Shown here: piece by piece, positions 1 through 13,300 of the stretch
Position numbering within the stretch: the first letter of the stretch is position 1
Layout of the letters: each line of letters starts with the position of its first letter
NCBI GenBank assembly: GCA_024704765.1
Contig: JAKMXF010000365.1
Span: forward strand, 868,001 to 932,000
Source of the DNA: Oopsacas minuta
Lineage: Eukaryota > Animalia > Porifera
DNA length: 64,000 bases
Direction: 5' to 3'
Made by a program: the position numbers and the translations under genes
The notes under the pieces: generated by a model
The model's input: only the letters and a program-made list of their open reading frames with translations
Told to the model about the DNA's origin: nothing
The model's database searches: none

Positions 1-561
1 TTAGTGGTGGATATATTGGCAAATAATTGTAGTAATATATCTAGTATTCTATTAGTTATGTAATATTGTATAACACGACATCAATTGTGAAACACCCTGT
101 ATACAAGAAAGCAAAAATAAAGTGTCTAGTAGATGATAAGTAAAGAATTAATTATAAATTGGCGAGCTACGAATTCAATTTTAGAATTCTATGTAATTCA
201 TAAAACGTACATAATACCTGTTACTGTAATTCAAATTCTGAAAAATTGATACAATTATGATATTGAAAGCACAGTTAAATCAACGCAATACAGTGTTAGT
301 AACAGTTAAGAAGTACTTGTAAATTACTATCTTCATTTATGTTATCAGCAATTATCATACATTACATAGTGAATGTAATCTATGGGTGTTATTTGTTTTC
401 TGTATTGGTAATATGGTATAGTGGTTCAGTATTGAAATTGTTTTAATATTGTGTTAATTTTTTAATATGTCATTGATATTATTGAAAGTATAAACATATA
501 AACTTGGTTTAATATGATTAGCCAGCTGTTGAATCTTTGAAATTATATACTTTTGTAGTTA

Positions 562-827
562 AAGTCGAACCTCCGAGATCCGGCACCATTTATTTCAAAA
601 GGTTTGAATTTAAATAGACAATTTTCATTTAACTTTCCTTATAATAGAGTTATCTTTAGTTGTACTTCATGACTAACCCGTAACTAGAAACCGTTAAACC
701 TTCTTGATTCGGTAATTCAAATGCATCTCGATATTTTATCTCATATGCTAATTGGAACTCCAATAGATTTAATTAGTTCTGAGATCCGTGCACCCTCGGA
801 CGAGACTGGATCTCAGAGGTTCTACCG
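562..827. mobile_element. Degenerate Tc1/mariner(pogo)-type MITE; same family as 54316-54627
   Basis: Imperfect TIRs (AAGTCGAACCTCCGAGATCCGG vs reverse complement CGGTAGAACCTCTGAGATCCAG) flanked by TA. The subterminal block TTCTGAGATCCGTGCACCCTCGGACGAG recurs inverted at about 54342-54371. Confidence 0.65.
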
Positions 828-3293
828 TATAGTGTATATAGATCTATGAAAATACTGCGGAAGAAGCTTTTAACAGCGCTGAATTATGCAAATGTCAAAC
901 AATAGAAACATTTGTACATTCAGACAAAAGTTATGCATAAATATATTTTCTGATTGTTGACATCTTTCCCTATCTATCTACCATTATGCCCTTCTTATTT
1001 GTATTGGCACAAATATATACTCTTAGCTATGATACGACATTTACAAGTCTAATGGAGAATAATTACATTAAATATTCTACTACTGAACCCTTTCAAGTAT
1101 AATAAAATATTTTTTCTCCGTAAAGTCGATTGATATGAACAGAGCACTTTGTCATATCATATTGAGTTATATGAATTTACCCAGCAATCATTTTATAATT
1201 TATTTAACCGACCTTCGCCTTTCCACAATCTTCCTTAACACAAGAAATCGAGTTTATTGCAGAGCAAACAAAATGTGAATTTCAGCTTTCCCTGATATAT
1301 GAATACGAATAAAAAGATGTCTATACAACACTCAACTGAACATATGTACAGTAGTACACACTCTTAACTTCAAAATTAACATTCAAGTACTCCTTATGTA
1401 TAGTAACGAAATAAACGGCCAAGCAAATTTGTATTCCCTTCACCAAACTCAGCAAAGGTACTCGCATGTACCTTTGGCGATACAATTCCGATATAACAAT
1501 AATATACATAAATCGTAGTACTGCTTATTAATGTCATTTGTGATTTATTTCGTTTGTTGTGTTACTTGTTAGAAATAATATATATTCGTTAGTTATATTT
1601 GGATTAACCAAAATATGTCTAATATTATATAGTGTTCATTTGGTATTGAAATATTGAACCACAAGCTTGAATCAAACCACAGTAATGTTGGGCTGTTTAT
1701 AATATTCGATTGTATAACATTCCTCTTAAATCGCTAATAATCTATAATACTGTCATATAAGTATATTCTCGAATGTTTTAATTACAATAATTACTAATTT
1801 TTAACTTCCATATATCAAATCCAAATTTTTGAACAGTAAAGATAACAGAATATGCTCATTGTCGTATGTACGTATAGGGATATCATATGCAGCTGTCTAT
1901 GGCTTCTGGAGCATAAATTTCAATTTTTGAATTAAAAAGATTTAAGGACACATATTTTCATCTAGAGGGTGGCGATAAATTTTATTGACGATTCTTGGAT
2001 CGTTTATCTAGAACCCGGCGCTCACTCAAGCCCCAATTATGCATAATCTTGACAGGACTATGAAATCGAAAAGTACTTATCAATTCTCTCTATCGGATAG
2101 GATTATGTATTTACTATATTCGCAGACTAATATTAACTACTGAACAACATTAGAAGTACAAAAATTCAAAAAATATATTTTCCAATAATCATCAGGACAA
2201 CAAGCCATTGCGTAGATAAAGTAGTTCTTAAGCACGCGAAACATGATGCGACAAGTTCCGCATCTGTTAAAATCTAAACAGGAGCTTTATTGAATTGGAC
2301 TGAATAGCACTGAAAACAGTGTATCATTTATTAGCATGAACTAGCAAACTATTGTTACTTTCATCTTCATACGTTTTATTTTGTAACAATTTACCTCATC
2401 CAATTTCAGTGGTCAGGCCACTCTCAATTAATTTACTTTCATATCTTTGGAAAATTATCAGAATTAAATAAAATTTAATAAAAATGTAGTCCTTAATACA
2501 GATTATTACAACTGTACGAGCGAGTTGCGAGAACTATTCCTGTTCGGTCAAATCCTAGGCCTCGTGGTACAATCATTTTATTCTTATCTCTATTTACCAT
2601 ATGAAGCATATTTATTCAAGATTACACAAATGAACTGAAAGCATTTACATTGATCGATAATGTAATTTCAGTCACATATTATCAGAAAAATATGTGAAAT
2701 GAACCTCAGGCATTTGAGGATTTCTAATATTAATATGTTCCAAACTTTTTGGCGGATGCTTGAGTCAGGATTTAATAATCAGATATTTGTACATTGAGAA
2801 ATTCAATATATCAAATTTAGTTCAAATGAGTAGATATGAATTTCCAATATCAATTTTGACCCCCCCCTCTCTCTGTGTCGCTTTTTGACCGTTTGGTAAT
2901 ACGAAAAGAATGCGGTAGTCACACTTTCCATACCACCTCCTCATCTTGTAACGTTACTTAACGTTTTAATGGCCCCTTAATTTAGATGACCTTACGGGCG
3001 TATATAAGAATTCTAGGAAAGCCTAGATCCAAACTACTTTAAGCCTATATAAATTCTTCCAATAAATACTTGTCAAAGGAGGAAGTAAGCGCTATCAGGA
3101 TGTAGACTTTTCTTAGAGATTTCCTTGAATTTGTTTTATCACACCCCAGATATGCAGATGTGACAAAAGGTCTCTAAAAGTCCCCTTCTACAAAGAGATT
3201 TTCCTTGTAATAATATTATTTTTAGATTTCAAAATCTACAGTAACAATCAACTAGAATTCACACATGATGTATGCCACAGGGTACATTTAGTG

Positions 3294-3394
3294 CTGCGGT
3301 TCCCAATCTTTTTCACCTGTGGACCCCCCGCTCAGATGGCTGCTGTTCTCTGTGGGCCACCAAAGGGTCCATGGACCCAGGTTGAGAACCGATG
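3294..3394. mobile_element. 101-bp hAT-type MITE
   Basis: TIRs CTGCGGTTCCCAATCT and (rc) CATCGGTTCTCAACCT. 8-bp target-site duplication ATTTAGTG (3286-3293) / ATTTAGCG (3395-3402). Confidence 0.75.
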
Positions 3395-4221
3395 ATTTAG
3401 CGGGAGGGGGGCTCAGCTGCCCCCTTAAATATATCTTATCTTTGATTTTTCCCCATTATAATAGTTTCTAAATGAAACCCTGCATGAAATTACTGGGTTT
3501 CAGTTGGTAAAGCTATAATAATATAATAATATATTACCCCAAGTTAATAGCCATAGATTGAGGTTAGATTCAATGTCATAAAGAATTTTATCCTAATTAG
3601 TGAATATCCGCCTCTACTGTTGATCGTGTTATTAAAATGAATCGAAATAATTTTCTCAATCGAATATATTTGATAGTTTGTGCTTCTTACCCAAACAAGA
3701 GAAACCGGTGCGAACATCTTTGGTGCCTATAGATGATGTGTGTTTGTGAATTGTTACTATAAAAAAACTAGTAAAAGAAGGTGAATCATAAGTACAAAAT
3801 TTGATAGATAAATTTAGCATAAAATTTGATTACTTCTTCTTTTTGATACATCAAAAATTCATGAACTCCTTAACAACATTAGCATATATATAATAATATC
3901 ACATACAGTAGAACTCGGATATGACGAACCAAAAATTAATCTACTTGTACAGATAAAATAGATTTATAAGTAAATACACACAAGTTTTAGTAAGGAGTTT
4001 TTGTTTCAGTACTGAATCAGATTTCTATGACATAAACGAAATGAAACTAGCGATAGATAACAGATTTACTATAACAATATCGTACTCTTAGGGTTAATTT
4101 GACATAATTTAAAACTGAAAATACTCTGTATAAGATTATTTGATTAAACGATTTTAATATAAAAGAGAGCGATACAGTATTTTTCAGAAACAAAACATTG
4201 GAAACAAATTCGAATAAATAA

Positions 4222-4677
4222 ATGGAATTGCTAGATACGGATTGTATTGTTGAATCTATTTGGCCTTGGCTTGGGAATTATGATAATGAAGCATTGCCAA
4301 TTTATCAGCAAGAAACAGGATATAATAATAAAGATATACGGATGGTTCTGAAGAATAATTGGTCTGTGTCAAAATTCAAATTTTGGCCTGAACTGGTGGA
4401 CAAAGAAAAGCTAGTTAATATTGATCTCACCCAATTCTATGAAATGTGTCATTACTCCCAACTAAACTTGTATGAGATAGAATGCATAAAGGATATGCGA
4501 AGAAAAGCGCAAAAATGCCGCAGTTCTCTCAAGTCGCAGGCAAAAATGAAGGTGACAGATACAAATCTTGAGAAGAAAGTGGGATTTCTATATGACGAAA
4601 AACTGAGATTACAAAGAGAGAAATCTGTTCTCAGAGATGAAATTTATCATTACAAGTATTTACTTGAAATCAACTAA
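4222..4677 (+). CDS. Small CNC/Maf-like bZIP protein with atypical basic region (copy A), 151 aa
   Basis: EKLVNIDLTQFYEMCHYSQLNLYEIECIKDMRRK resembles the CNC/Maf extended homology region. An L-x6-L-x6-L-x6-L-x6-Y zipper follows. Clearly paralogous to 6837-7292. Confidence 0.75.
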   Translation: MELLDTDCIVESIWPWLGNYDNEALPIYQQETGYNNKDIRMVLKNNWSVSKFKFWPELVDKEKLVNIDLTQFYEMCHYSQLNLYEIECIKDMRRKAQKCRSSLKSQAKMKVTDTNLEKKVGFLYDEKLRLQREKSVLRDEIYHYKYLLEIN

Positions 4678-4912
4678 CGTCTTACGCATGAAAATCACAG
4701 TCTCAAGCGAGATTAATTATCATGTAATTTGCTGCAATAATTTTGCTATGCATTTCTGGCAACAGCTTTCTAGATTTGACATTTGCTATATTTTCCAATT
4801 AAATTTCCAGCATGGCTATCAATCTCATAAAATATATCATAACAGATGGTTACACTATTGAGTATTGAGTAGGTCGAGGGGACCATATTTTACATAAAAT
4901 ATCAGCATTATA

Positions 4913-5098
4913 CAGTAGAACTCGGATAAGACGTACCCCCTCGGGAAACAGAAATTAGTACGTCTTTACCGAGTGTACGTCTTATCCGAATATGTTTGCA
5001 TTACAAATAATGATGACTGATATTTTGGGATATAAGAAATAGTACGTCTTAACCGAATATACGTCTTAAGCCGAGTACGTCTTATCCGAGTTCTACTG
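4913..5098. mobile_element. 186-bp Tc1/mariner (pogo/Tigger-like) MITE
   Basis: Perfect 24-bp TIR CAGTAGAACTCGGATAAGACGTAC, TA target duplication on both sides, and internal GTACGTCTT..CCGA subterminal repeats. A solo related end lies at about 3907. Confidence 0.9.
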
Positions 5099-5413
5099 TA
5101 TATACATGCGCTTATCTTTGACAAGAGGTTGAAATCTTGTTTCTAGCTCCTTTACAATTATATTTTGAAAGGTGTGAAATATGCTTATCGTAACTAAATA
5201 TAATATAGTCAATATCTACATCACAAGCAATTTTCTTGATAATTAATCATAGATTTCGTCTATGCGTTCCATAGGGATCATCCCTATCGGAGCTGAACTA
5301 AAATTGTTGAGTCAAGGATAATGTTATTAATAATAAATTATTATGCTAGATAGTTAGACGCTACAATACTTCGAAATAAATTTGATTTAACGTAGTGTAC
5401 ACATAAAAGTATA

Positions 5414-5518
5414 CGAGCCTTTAGCTCGTCGCTTCGCGATGAACTCAGCGCATTGCGGCTCGAGGTATTCAACGGACAAATAAACAGACAAACAACAATT
5501 GAGATTTAATAATATTGA
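5414..5518 (-). mobile_element. Mini non-autonomous Helitron-like element
   Basis: Minus strand reads a|TCAATATTATTAAATCTCAATTGTTGTTTGTCTG..., then a GC-rich hairpin-like segment (GCGAAGCGACGAGC), ending CTCG|t. A second copy of the 5' end is at about 5790-5845. Confidence 0.55.
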
Positions 5519-6021
5519 TGCTGTTTACAATATTCAGACTCAGCATACTCGAGTATACCAGTATAGTCGTTGAAATTATGATTCTACCTCAATTTTGAAA
5601 TTTGTTTACTTTATATTCATAAAAACAACAATAAATTTACATATGATTAATCCAAAAGTGTGAAAATCGGATTCAGCATATTCGATATAATTAGTGCAGG
5701 TTTATCGAATTCTATTTACTTCCTTGATAAACACGATAAATACAAACTTCTGCGACTATTTCAAAATTGCATACCATAAATCCTTTCCTTGACAACGGAC
5801 AAACAAGCAGACAAACAAACAACAATTGAGATTTAATAATATAGATTTCACCGTTATGACATTATTCACAATACACATGATTCATCGTGTATCAATTATG
5901 AATTATAATTTAGTGGAATTTTTCCGCCAACAAGAATCAATTTTATTACAAAATATTTATGGCATATTTTAGAGGGTTTACAAATGATTAATAATTGACT
6001 GTATTGCTAAAAAACGTAATA

Positions 6022-6187
6022 CAGAGTAGGAGTGTTAAAGCGAGATTGGAACGCACTCCATTTTCCTGGAGCGGGAGCCGGAGTGCACTACTTCTGAGTA
6101 AGGAGCGGAGGTGGGAGCACCGCTCCTTTTCAGGGCGGAAGCATGGAGCGAGAGCGCAATCCAAAATGAGGAGCGCTTAATCCTCTG
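6022..6187. mobile_element. GC-rich MITE-like insert with repeated GGAGCG/GGAGTG motifs
   Basis: GC-rich island with CAGAG...CTCTG termini and many GGAG(C/T)G subterminal motifs. No convincing TSD found. Confidence 0.35.
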
Positions 6188-6836
6188 GACATAACCTGTG
6201 AATATGTCCATGTTATGATTCATGGTAAATAGAATTGAAATAATAGCTTTACCTAATGGATATGCTCTTTACTGAGTAATTATAAATCTGATTTACTTTC
6301 AATATTGAAATGCCCTTTCATAAAAATACAACGAATAAATATTAATGCAAGCTGATTCAATATATGTCTACTTACTAGCCTACGCTATTTTTAGTCTGAT
6401 TGGGAATACGTATTCCTAATCAGACTAAAAGTTATACATTACAAGTTTTAAAGTCTACAATTACTACCCTAGACGTATTACGTATTTGGTCCTTCCAAAG
6501 TTTAAACTGCTTGAACCAGAAGATCAGTATTTGTTTAGAAAGGAACATTTTGAATTCTCATAATACAGTGGATATTAACTGTCGAGTAAGGTGAAAATTG
6601 TTGTGTTAATTTAATTCTTGGTTGAAAGAGCATTTCAAAATCATATACTGTATTAAACAATACCGTCAAGAAAGCAGAAACTCTGTTAGCAGCTGATTTA
6701 TTAATAAATTGCATAGAAATATTACAAAAAGCAAATATAATATTTAAAACATTAAGCGAAGCCATGTAAGATTGTGTGATCATGTAAGCAAGCAATGGGA
6801 CTGAATGTATTGTCAATAAATTCATCTGATGTGTAG

Positions 6837-7292
6837 TTAGCAACACTTGAGTACTTCCTGTTTATACAAGTTAATATCGCGTAGTAGCTCATCCTTTTCT
6901 AATTCCAGTTCATTTCTAATTGTTAGTAATACCTTTATTTCTTTGATTTGTTCGATTTCTCTATGCCTTTTGTTAGCGTGACACTTAAGTGAACTTTTCG
7001 CGCGTTGTGCCTTCTTTCTACATTCTTTGATTTGAGTAATTTCAGTCGAAGAGAGATTGCTCGTGTTTAGGATACTAATAAATTCTTGAAAATCAATATC
7101 TATAATTTTCTTTTGATCAATCAATTTGATCCAATGTGCAACATTCAGATCTGCCCAATTATTTTTAAATATTCGACTTAGGGCATATTCGTTTGTAGAG
7201 TGTTGAGGATGGCAGGGAATAGTATTGGGAATTTCAATTGCCCATTGTGGTACCTGTGTTCCCAAACAAACTGAATTATATTCAATACTCAT
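6837..7292 (-). CDS. Small CNC/Maf-like bZIP protein with atypical basic region (copy B), 151 aa
   Basis: Shares KNNW..W..L.D..K...ID...F...L...EI..IK..R.KAQ...SSLK..A and the heptad zipper with 4222-4677. Convergent orientation. Confidence 0.75.
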   Translation of the reverse strand: MSIEYNSVCLGTQVPQWAIEIPNTIPCHPQHSTNEYALSRIFKNNWADLNVAHWIKLIDQKKIIDIDFQEFISILNTSNLSSTEITQIKECRKKAQRAKSSLKCHANKRHREIEQIKEIKVLLTIRNELELEKDELLRDINLYKQEVLKCC

Positions 7293-8405
7293 TTTGTTTT
7301 TGTTGTTCTAGATTATTGCTGTTTATCACTCATGTTTTTATTCATTGTTTACTATTTATACTTTCACAAAAATTATCAGTTTCAACCCCCTCTACAGCAT
7401 CTTATGGTAATTATTTGCTAACCAGTGATCTTATTGGTACTGAATGCATTCCATTCTACTCAATTTACAGTTTCAATTTGCTGATACGACGTAATAACAC
7501 ATCACTCAGTAGGGTATACATTACAAAATGTAAATTTGATTAATCAGTACAAAGTGTAAATTCATTTCAAATTATCATCTTCTAATAATGAGTGAGAAGT
7601 AACCTCTAAACAGACTCACCAAATTTAAACTTTATGCTACTCATCAATTGTGAATCGACCAAGATCACGAAATTGCTAGATTGCCAAATTTCGAGAATAT
7701 TCCACACTTAAGCGAAAGTTCTCAATTGGAGTCAATAGTCGAACAATCTATGACAATCATTAAATTAGGTTATCATTATTATCATTATTATTATAAAAAC
7801 AGGTTCGGTATCAGGCCTGCTAAAAACGGTGGTTCGTGTCGTTAACTGCCAAAACATACATATTATACAATCCAGTATAGTAACCATCTATTTACACATA
7901 TTACAGTTGATTCCTACAGGTAACAAGTTCTCATTCAATTTCACATTTCAGCACATATTTGTTAGTAAAAGATACAAATGCATCATTTAACGCTCAGTGC
8001 CGTTTCTATTGGGCGCGTCCGAGTATAGTGAGGCAGCAATATAAATACGAAATCTTTACGATGCGTATACTTGATATCTCATGCTTGTGCATTTTTGTAA
8101 TGAATGCATACATATAGAGCTTAGTAGACATTTACAAATTATTGTCCAATAGAAAAAGTTAGTTCCAAATAATAAGGGTAGAACATAATTATGCTTGGAG
8201 GGTCCTCTTAATATAAATTATTCAATCATAAAGTGTATCAGCGGGTTTTATCCCACCTATGCTTAAAGTACATAGTTAATGAAGGACTTAAGCTGCTATA
8301 ATTAAGTGGTTTGAACAACAAAGGCCATTATTATTATTATTATTATTATTAGTCCAGTACTTTGCGTTCTATCATAGCACATACCACAATTGAACAATTG
8401 CAAAA

Positions 8406-9779
8406 ATGACTGATTTGGAAGTGCACCTGAAAGTTCAAGATCTCCATTCCTATCTCCTAACGTTACCTAAAGCAATCCTGGAGCGTGTCTACACGAATGC
8501 AGCTTGCTGTTTAATGGTATTTAGGGAGGTACCAGAGATAGGAAGGCATTTTATGATGCGTATGGCTTACATATCACAGCCGTTACCGATAAGTCTAATC
8601 CTATCATGGGTTAAACCACATAAAGAGGGAGAGGCTAATACGGCAATAAATCGAATGCTAAACTTGAGAATAATGTGTACAGTTAAAATACAAGGTAGTC
8701 AAGAAAAGGGTGTGGAGATTAATGAACAGTTTAATGACAATCTGAAACTCATATTCTCAGGTAGAAATCTGCAGCTAACAAAGACAGAACTGCTCGGAGC
8801 GGACAAGCACGGGAAAGGGTTGGAAGAGTTAGAAGTGTACGCTGATGAGCGGTGGAAAACAATTCTGAGTTTCATGGTTACACCTGAAAAGATGCAGAAA
8901 GAAGTGAATAGTGATTTAGTAGAAATATTAGTCCACTCAGGTTTGATGCACAGAGCTAGTGAAAGCCATCTGCCCACAATAACGCCAGGAGGATTCCAGT
9001 TCTTGTTAATGAACGAGACGAGACAGGTTTGGTTCTTCATGCTACAGTATCTACGTAGCTGTGACCAGAGGAATATGGATCTAGTTGAGCTACTCACCTT
9101 CATTTTCCAGCTGAGTATATCTACAGTAGGAAGTGATTATTCTACAGAAGACATGAGTGATACTCAGCTCAGATTCCTGCAACATCTCAGAGAGTTTGGA
9201 CTAGTTTATCAGAGGAAAAGAAAATCTAGAAGATTCTATCCCACTCGCATGGCTATTGATCTAATTTCTGGGTCAAAAGATGAAAATCCTCAGGGTAGGA
9301 ATAGAGGTTATTTGCTGGTAGAGACAAATTTCCGAGTAACAGCTTACACCAATTCACATCTCACTACCAACATACTCAGCCTGTTCTTACAGATCCTCTA
9401 CAGATTTCCCACTATGGTGGTAGGAATAATTTCCAGACAATCTATCCACGAGGCATTAGTTAACAGCATAACTTCTAGTCAGATTATTAGCTTCCTAAGA
9501 GCGAATGCACACCCAGCAATGCTAAAGAAGTCTCCTATTGTTCCTGCGACAGTGGAACATCAGATAATTCTCTGGGAGAAAGAGAGAGATAGATTGAGTT
9601 GCAATGAAGGCGTGTTATACAATAATTTTGAGACTGGACAAGATTTTGAAATTCTAAAAGACTTCGCAGAGAAGAACGGCCTCTTGATATGGGCTAGTAG
9701 CACCAGTAAGACAATGGTAGTCACCAAAGATGGTCACGATGAAGTCAGAAGGTATTGGAAACGGAACAAACCTCATTAA
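8406..9779 (+). CDS. GTF2H4: TFIIH subunit p52 (Tfb2), 457 aa, intronless
   Basis: Diagnostic motifs ITPGGFQFLL, LQHLREFGLVYQRKRKSRRFYPTRMA, LLVETNFRVTAYT and QIILWEKERDRL. Confidence 0.97.
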   Translation: MTDLEVHLKVQDLHSYLLTLPKAILERVYTNAACCLMVFREVPEIGRHFMMRMAYISQPLPISLILSWVKPHKEGEANTAINRMLNLRIMCTVKIQGSQEKGVEINEQFNDNLKLIFSGRNLQLTKTELLGADKHGKGLEELEVYADERWKTILSFMVTPEKMQKEVNSDLVEILVHSGLMHRASESHLPTITPGGFQFLLMNETRQVWFFMLQYLRSCDQRNMDLVELLTFIFQLSISTVGSDYSTEDMSDTQLRFLQHLREFGLVYQRKRKSRRFYPTRMAIDLISGSKDENPQGRNRGYLLVETNFRVTAYTNSHLTTNILSLFLQILYRFPTMVVGIISRQSIHEALVNSITSSQIISFLRANAHPAMLKKSPIVPATVEHQIILWEKERDRLSCNEGVLYNNFETGQDFEILKDFAEKNGLLIWASSTSKTMVVTKDGHDEVRRYWKRNKPH

Positions 9780-10341
9780 TTAGTTTAGGAAAAAATTTAC
9801 TAGAGTAGATACGTAACATATTTTTGTTATTGTATTATTCAATTAATTTTTCTAGATTTATTTTCAATTAACTTAATGTATTGTAACTTAAGAGGTAATC
9901 AAACCCAGATTTTAAGATTTCCATGAAATTACGAATTTACTCCTCCAAAGTAAATTCCGCTTTCAGAACCAAAAGATAATCTTACTTAACTAGTCAATGG
10001 CACTGGTTACGATAATGTAATATTTAAATAAATGAAACTATCACTTCAATGATGTATGTACGTAGTCAATTGTAATGTGATATAGTTGGGCAAGGTTACA
10101 ATTGTGTTTCAGATTAATATTATTAAATTCTTTCAGTGTAGTTTATAAGAGTTAGATTACTATTTGTTATTAGAGCTATTAAAAGAAAGTACTACAAAAA
10201 ATCAGAAATATTATTAAATTATATTAAAATACCGAAAACAAAAAATGAATAGTTTTCAGACATATAGTTCCAAATAAATATTACATCCATTTTCGTCAAT
10301 GAAACTAATTATCTCCCAATATTTGTGAAAATGTCGACTCT

Positions 10342-13300
10342 CTAGGTAATAAAATTTTTATGGTAGAGATTAAAGGTGTAGAAGGGACTCGAGAGCCAGA
10401 AGTTGTTGGGTGACCAGAAATCCGTCATAGCAGTGGACTTTTGTGGACTGAGTAAAGGTTTGGCATAAGAATGTTGGTTAAAATATAGCTGGTTCATGTC
10501 AGTAATCATTTTGTAAGAAAGTTCTTGTACCTGGTGCTTGTGGGTTGGACATGTGTACTTCTGTGTACTAGTCTCATCTGGAGAAATTTCAGATTTAGTA
10601 GCTATTATTCGTAGCTTGTACGTGCCATGATAGAAGAATATTACATTACATCCAATACTCTGTCTAGACTGTTGTGGTAACTACAAATAAACAAACTATG
10701 TAAAAACTTGATTATACAGTCTCTACGATCTGATTTTGTTCACCCTTATGGCTCAAAAGTTACGTAATGTTGGTAAGGGGGATGGCCTGTCGTAACCTGG
10801 AGCTAATTTCACATTTTATGAAATACAGTAAAACTCATAATTTATAATTCACATGATTGTGAGAATCATGGGGAATACTATATTTGGAGGACATAGTAGC
10901 AGCTTCTCTAATAATTGCACTTATTTTCTCATGATTAGGAATGGATAGAACAGTATATTGTATGAAAATGCACTAGTCCATTACAGTGTAACCTCAATTA
11001 TCCAAACTCCTAACAGGTCCTCTGGCCCCAGTTCATATTCCACTATGTATAAACGACCTCGGTTATCCGAACGATTTTGATTTTTGACAGGTCAGGACTA
11101 GTTCGGATAATAATCTAAGTTTCTCTGTAACAGGCACAGATGAATCAAATAATATAACCTTATCAATTGTCCAACTTGATGAAGGCCATACTGCAGCTTT
11201 CCCTGTTGATTCTGAGTCAATCGAATCAATATTATCTTCATATATCTTCAGTACTACTGATACAGGTTCGATATCTACGTCTAAAATGATGAATGAAATA
11301 TTTAGAAAGTAGTCAGTGGTTAGTCACATTGCCCAAACACTATTTTAGCTGAGCTGAGGTATTTCCGTGTGTTAATAGTTTGATTTGTTAAATAGATTAA
11401 TCGCATTTTGAATTTATCTAATCGTGAATTTCTGAAATCTGAATAAGCTTCAGGCCAGTTCACATTAATCTACAATTCTTATCTATTTCTATAAAATATT
11501 GTGTTGTTTGAAATTAGACATTTTAACGGATTAAAAATGATCACGATTTGTTTATCAATATTCCCTATCTTGAAGTGGTAAGAATATTCCTTAATCAAAT
11601 TATAAATCCCCCCCCCCTTTTTAAATTTTTTTTTTTTGTTTATTGGACTCAAATTAGATAAATCTACAGAATGATATGTATTTCAATATGATGTAATAGT
11701 TTGTACAATTTCTCTATAATATCAAATTCCTTATACAGAGTTCGTCAGTGGCATAGTGCTGCGCACAGGTGGCGCATTGATTAGGACATGTGGCACAAAA
11801 TCGGGGCATGTGATGGCGGATTACCTGGCGCAAGAAAAATACATGCAATAAAGGGTTATATTGTATGTAGGACAAGATGGAATGGTATAGTTTAATTTTA
11901 CCTACCTGAATAATTAGATAGAATTATTACAAGTTGTGTCTGCTGTCCTGTTAGGAACTTAGTCTCATCGTCTGGCAAGATAATGCTGTCATTCACCCGC
12001 AAGTCTGTTAGAATTACAAATGTTAAAATAACCTACTATATTATTAAATGAAGAATGTTATATTGTTATCATCAAATTTACAAATTTTTAAAATTCTCCG
12101 AAAATCTGCCGAAACTTGTTCTCTAAGGTTATTAGGGGTGACCACAATTATTGGGGGAAATTATTTATATCATAATTGCCCCTATTCCTCCTAAATCACT
12201 AATATCCTATAGGAATGCAATCATAATTTTACATAAGTATACAATTGCTGTGTTCATGGCATGAGCTAAAGGAAATCTGGTCATGAGCCATATATTATAC
12301 ACGGATAATTGACAGGTATATAGCCCAGCTATACACCTAAATATAGGAAATTACCAAAACAGATGGGCTCGCTCTTCAGGTTAAGCAGCATGTTGTATGT
12401 AAGTTGAAATCCTTGTAGAGAAGTATCCCCACATCTCACATCGTGTTCATCTAACTATGTGCGTGTGTGTGTAATTAACTGCAAACATTAAATAATGTTA
12501 CAATGCTTACCAGTCTCCAATTTAATTTTATCAAGTTTGAAAGTAATTCAGCATAATCCAGATATTCCTGTTCCTAAAATAGAAGACAGTAGAATCGCGT
12601 TAATATTTACACGAGCGGAATTTCGAAATTTGTACTTATTCGGAGTACGTATTAACCAGAGCAATATCAATTGGAAACAATGGTAGGGACCTTTTTGGTG
12701 TAAATATTCGTTCGTATAATCAGGAAATTCGTATTAACCGTGTTCGTGCTAACGAAGTTAGGTTCTACTGTAGTTAGTTAGAGGGCAGCTTGCTAAACAC
12801 TGATAAAGTGAGGTAAGTTAGCCAGATTATGAAATTTGATTTTAACAATATGTCACTGATAATTCTTGCATTAAGATTTTCGCACCAATTCAGATGTGTA
12901 CGTCTGGATACAAACTAAACCATATAAATTATAGTAACAAATGTAGTAAAGTACTTTTTGGCCAGTCGGATGATTTCAAATATCACTCTGTAAAATATTT
13001 AATTAAGCCACAAGTTATGTACATATGGCGATAGTAAGAGAATTAGAGATAGTGCAAAATAGTTACTTGTATCTTACCTCCCAATTATTGAATTCCACTG
13101 GTTTTGCAAGATGAAACTTCCAAATATCAATTTGTAATCTGAAAAGTGTAATTTGAATTAATCAAATTTCGATGTCAAAACAATATGACGTATTAATTAA
13201 TTAATTAATCGGTACCTTTTGCAACTAGTTGGGAAGAGAGTTACTTCTTTATTACTTTCTAAGTCATCAAGTACACTTTCTAGATGATCAAATACTGATA

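Noticed and set aside
1200-1509. Possible third bZIP relic or small ORF (ISCVKEDCGKAK)
   Set aside because: The match is too short, flanked by stops, and has no zipper.
5995-6223. Overlapping 61-62-aa ORFs
   Set aside because: They arise from a GC-rich MITE-like insert and are not protein-like.
8699-9103. Antisense ORF in GTF2H4 (likewise the antisense or off-frame ORFs within RPL6, SRCAP, WAPL, SLC35B4, afadin and the ZF genes)
   Set aside because: Shadow ORFs of real genes, with no recognisable domains.
10972-11160. MITE appearing to disrupt a TRAPPC9 exon or to form an introner
   Set aside because: The exon ends at AAG|GTTATA (~11160) and joins the 10680 exon in frame, so the MITE is simply intronic.
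11815-11835. TTACCTGGCG resembling the U1 snRNA 5' end
   Set aside because: No continuation into U1 stem-loops or an Sm site.
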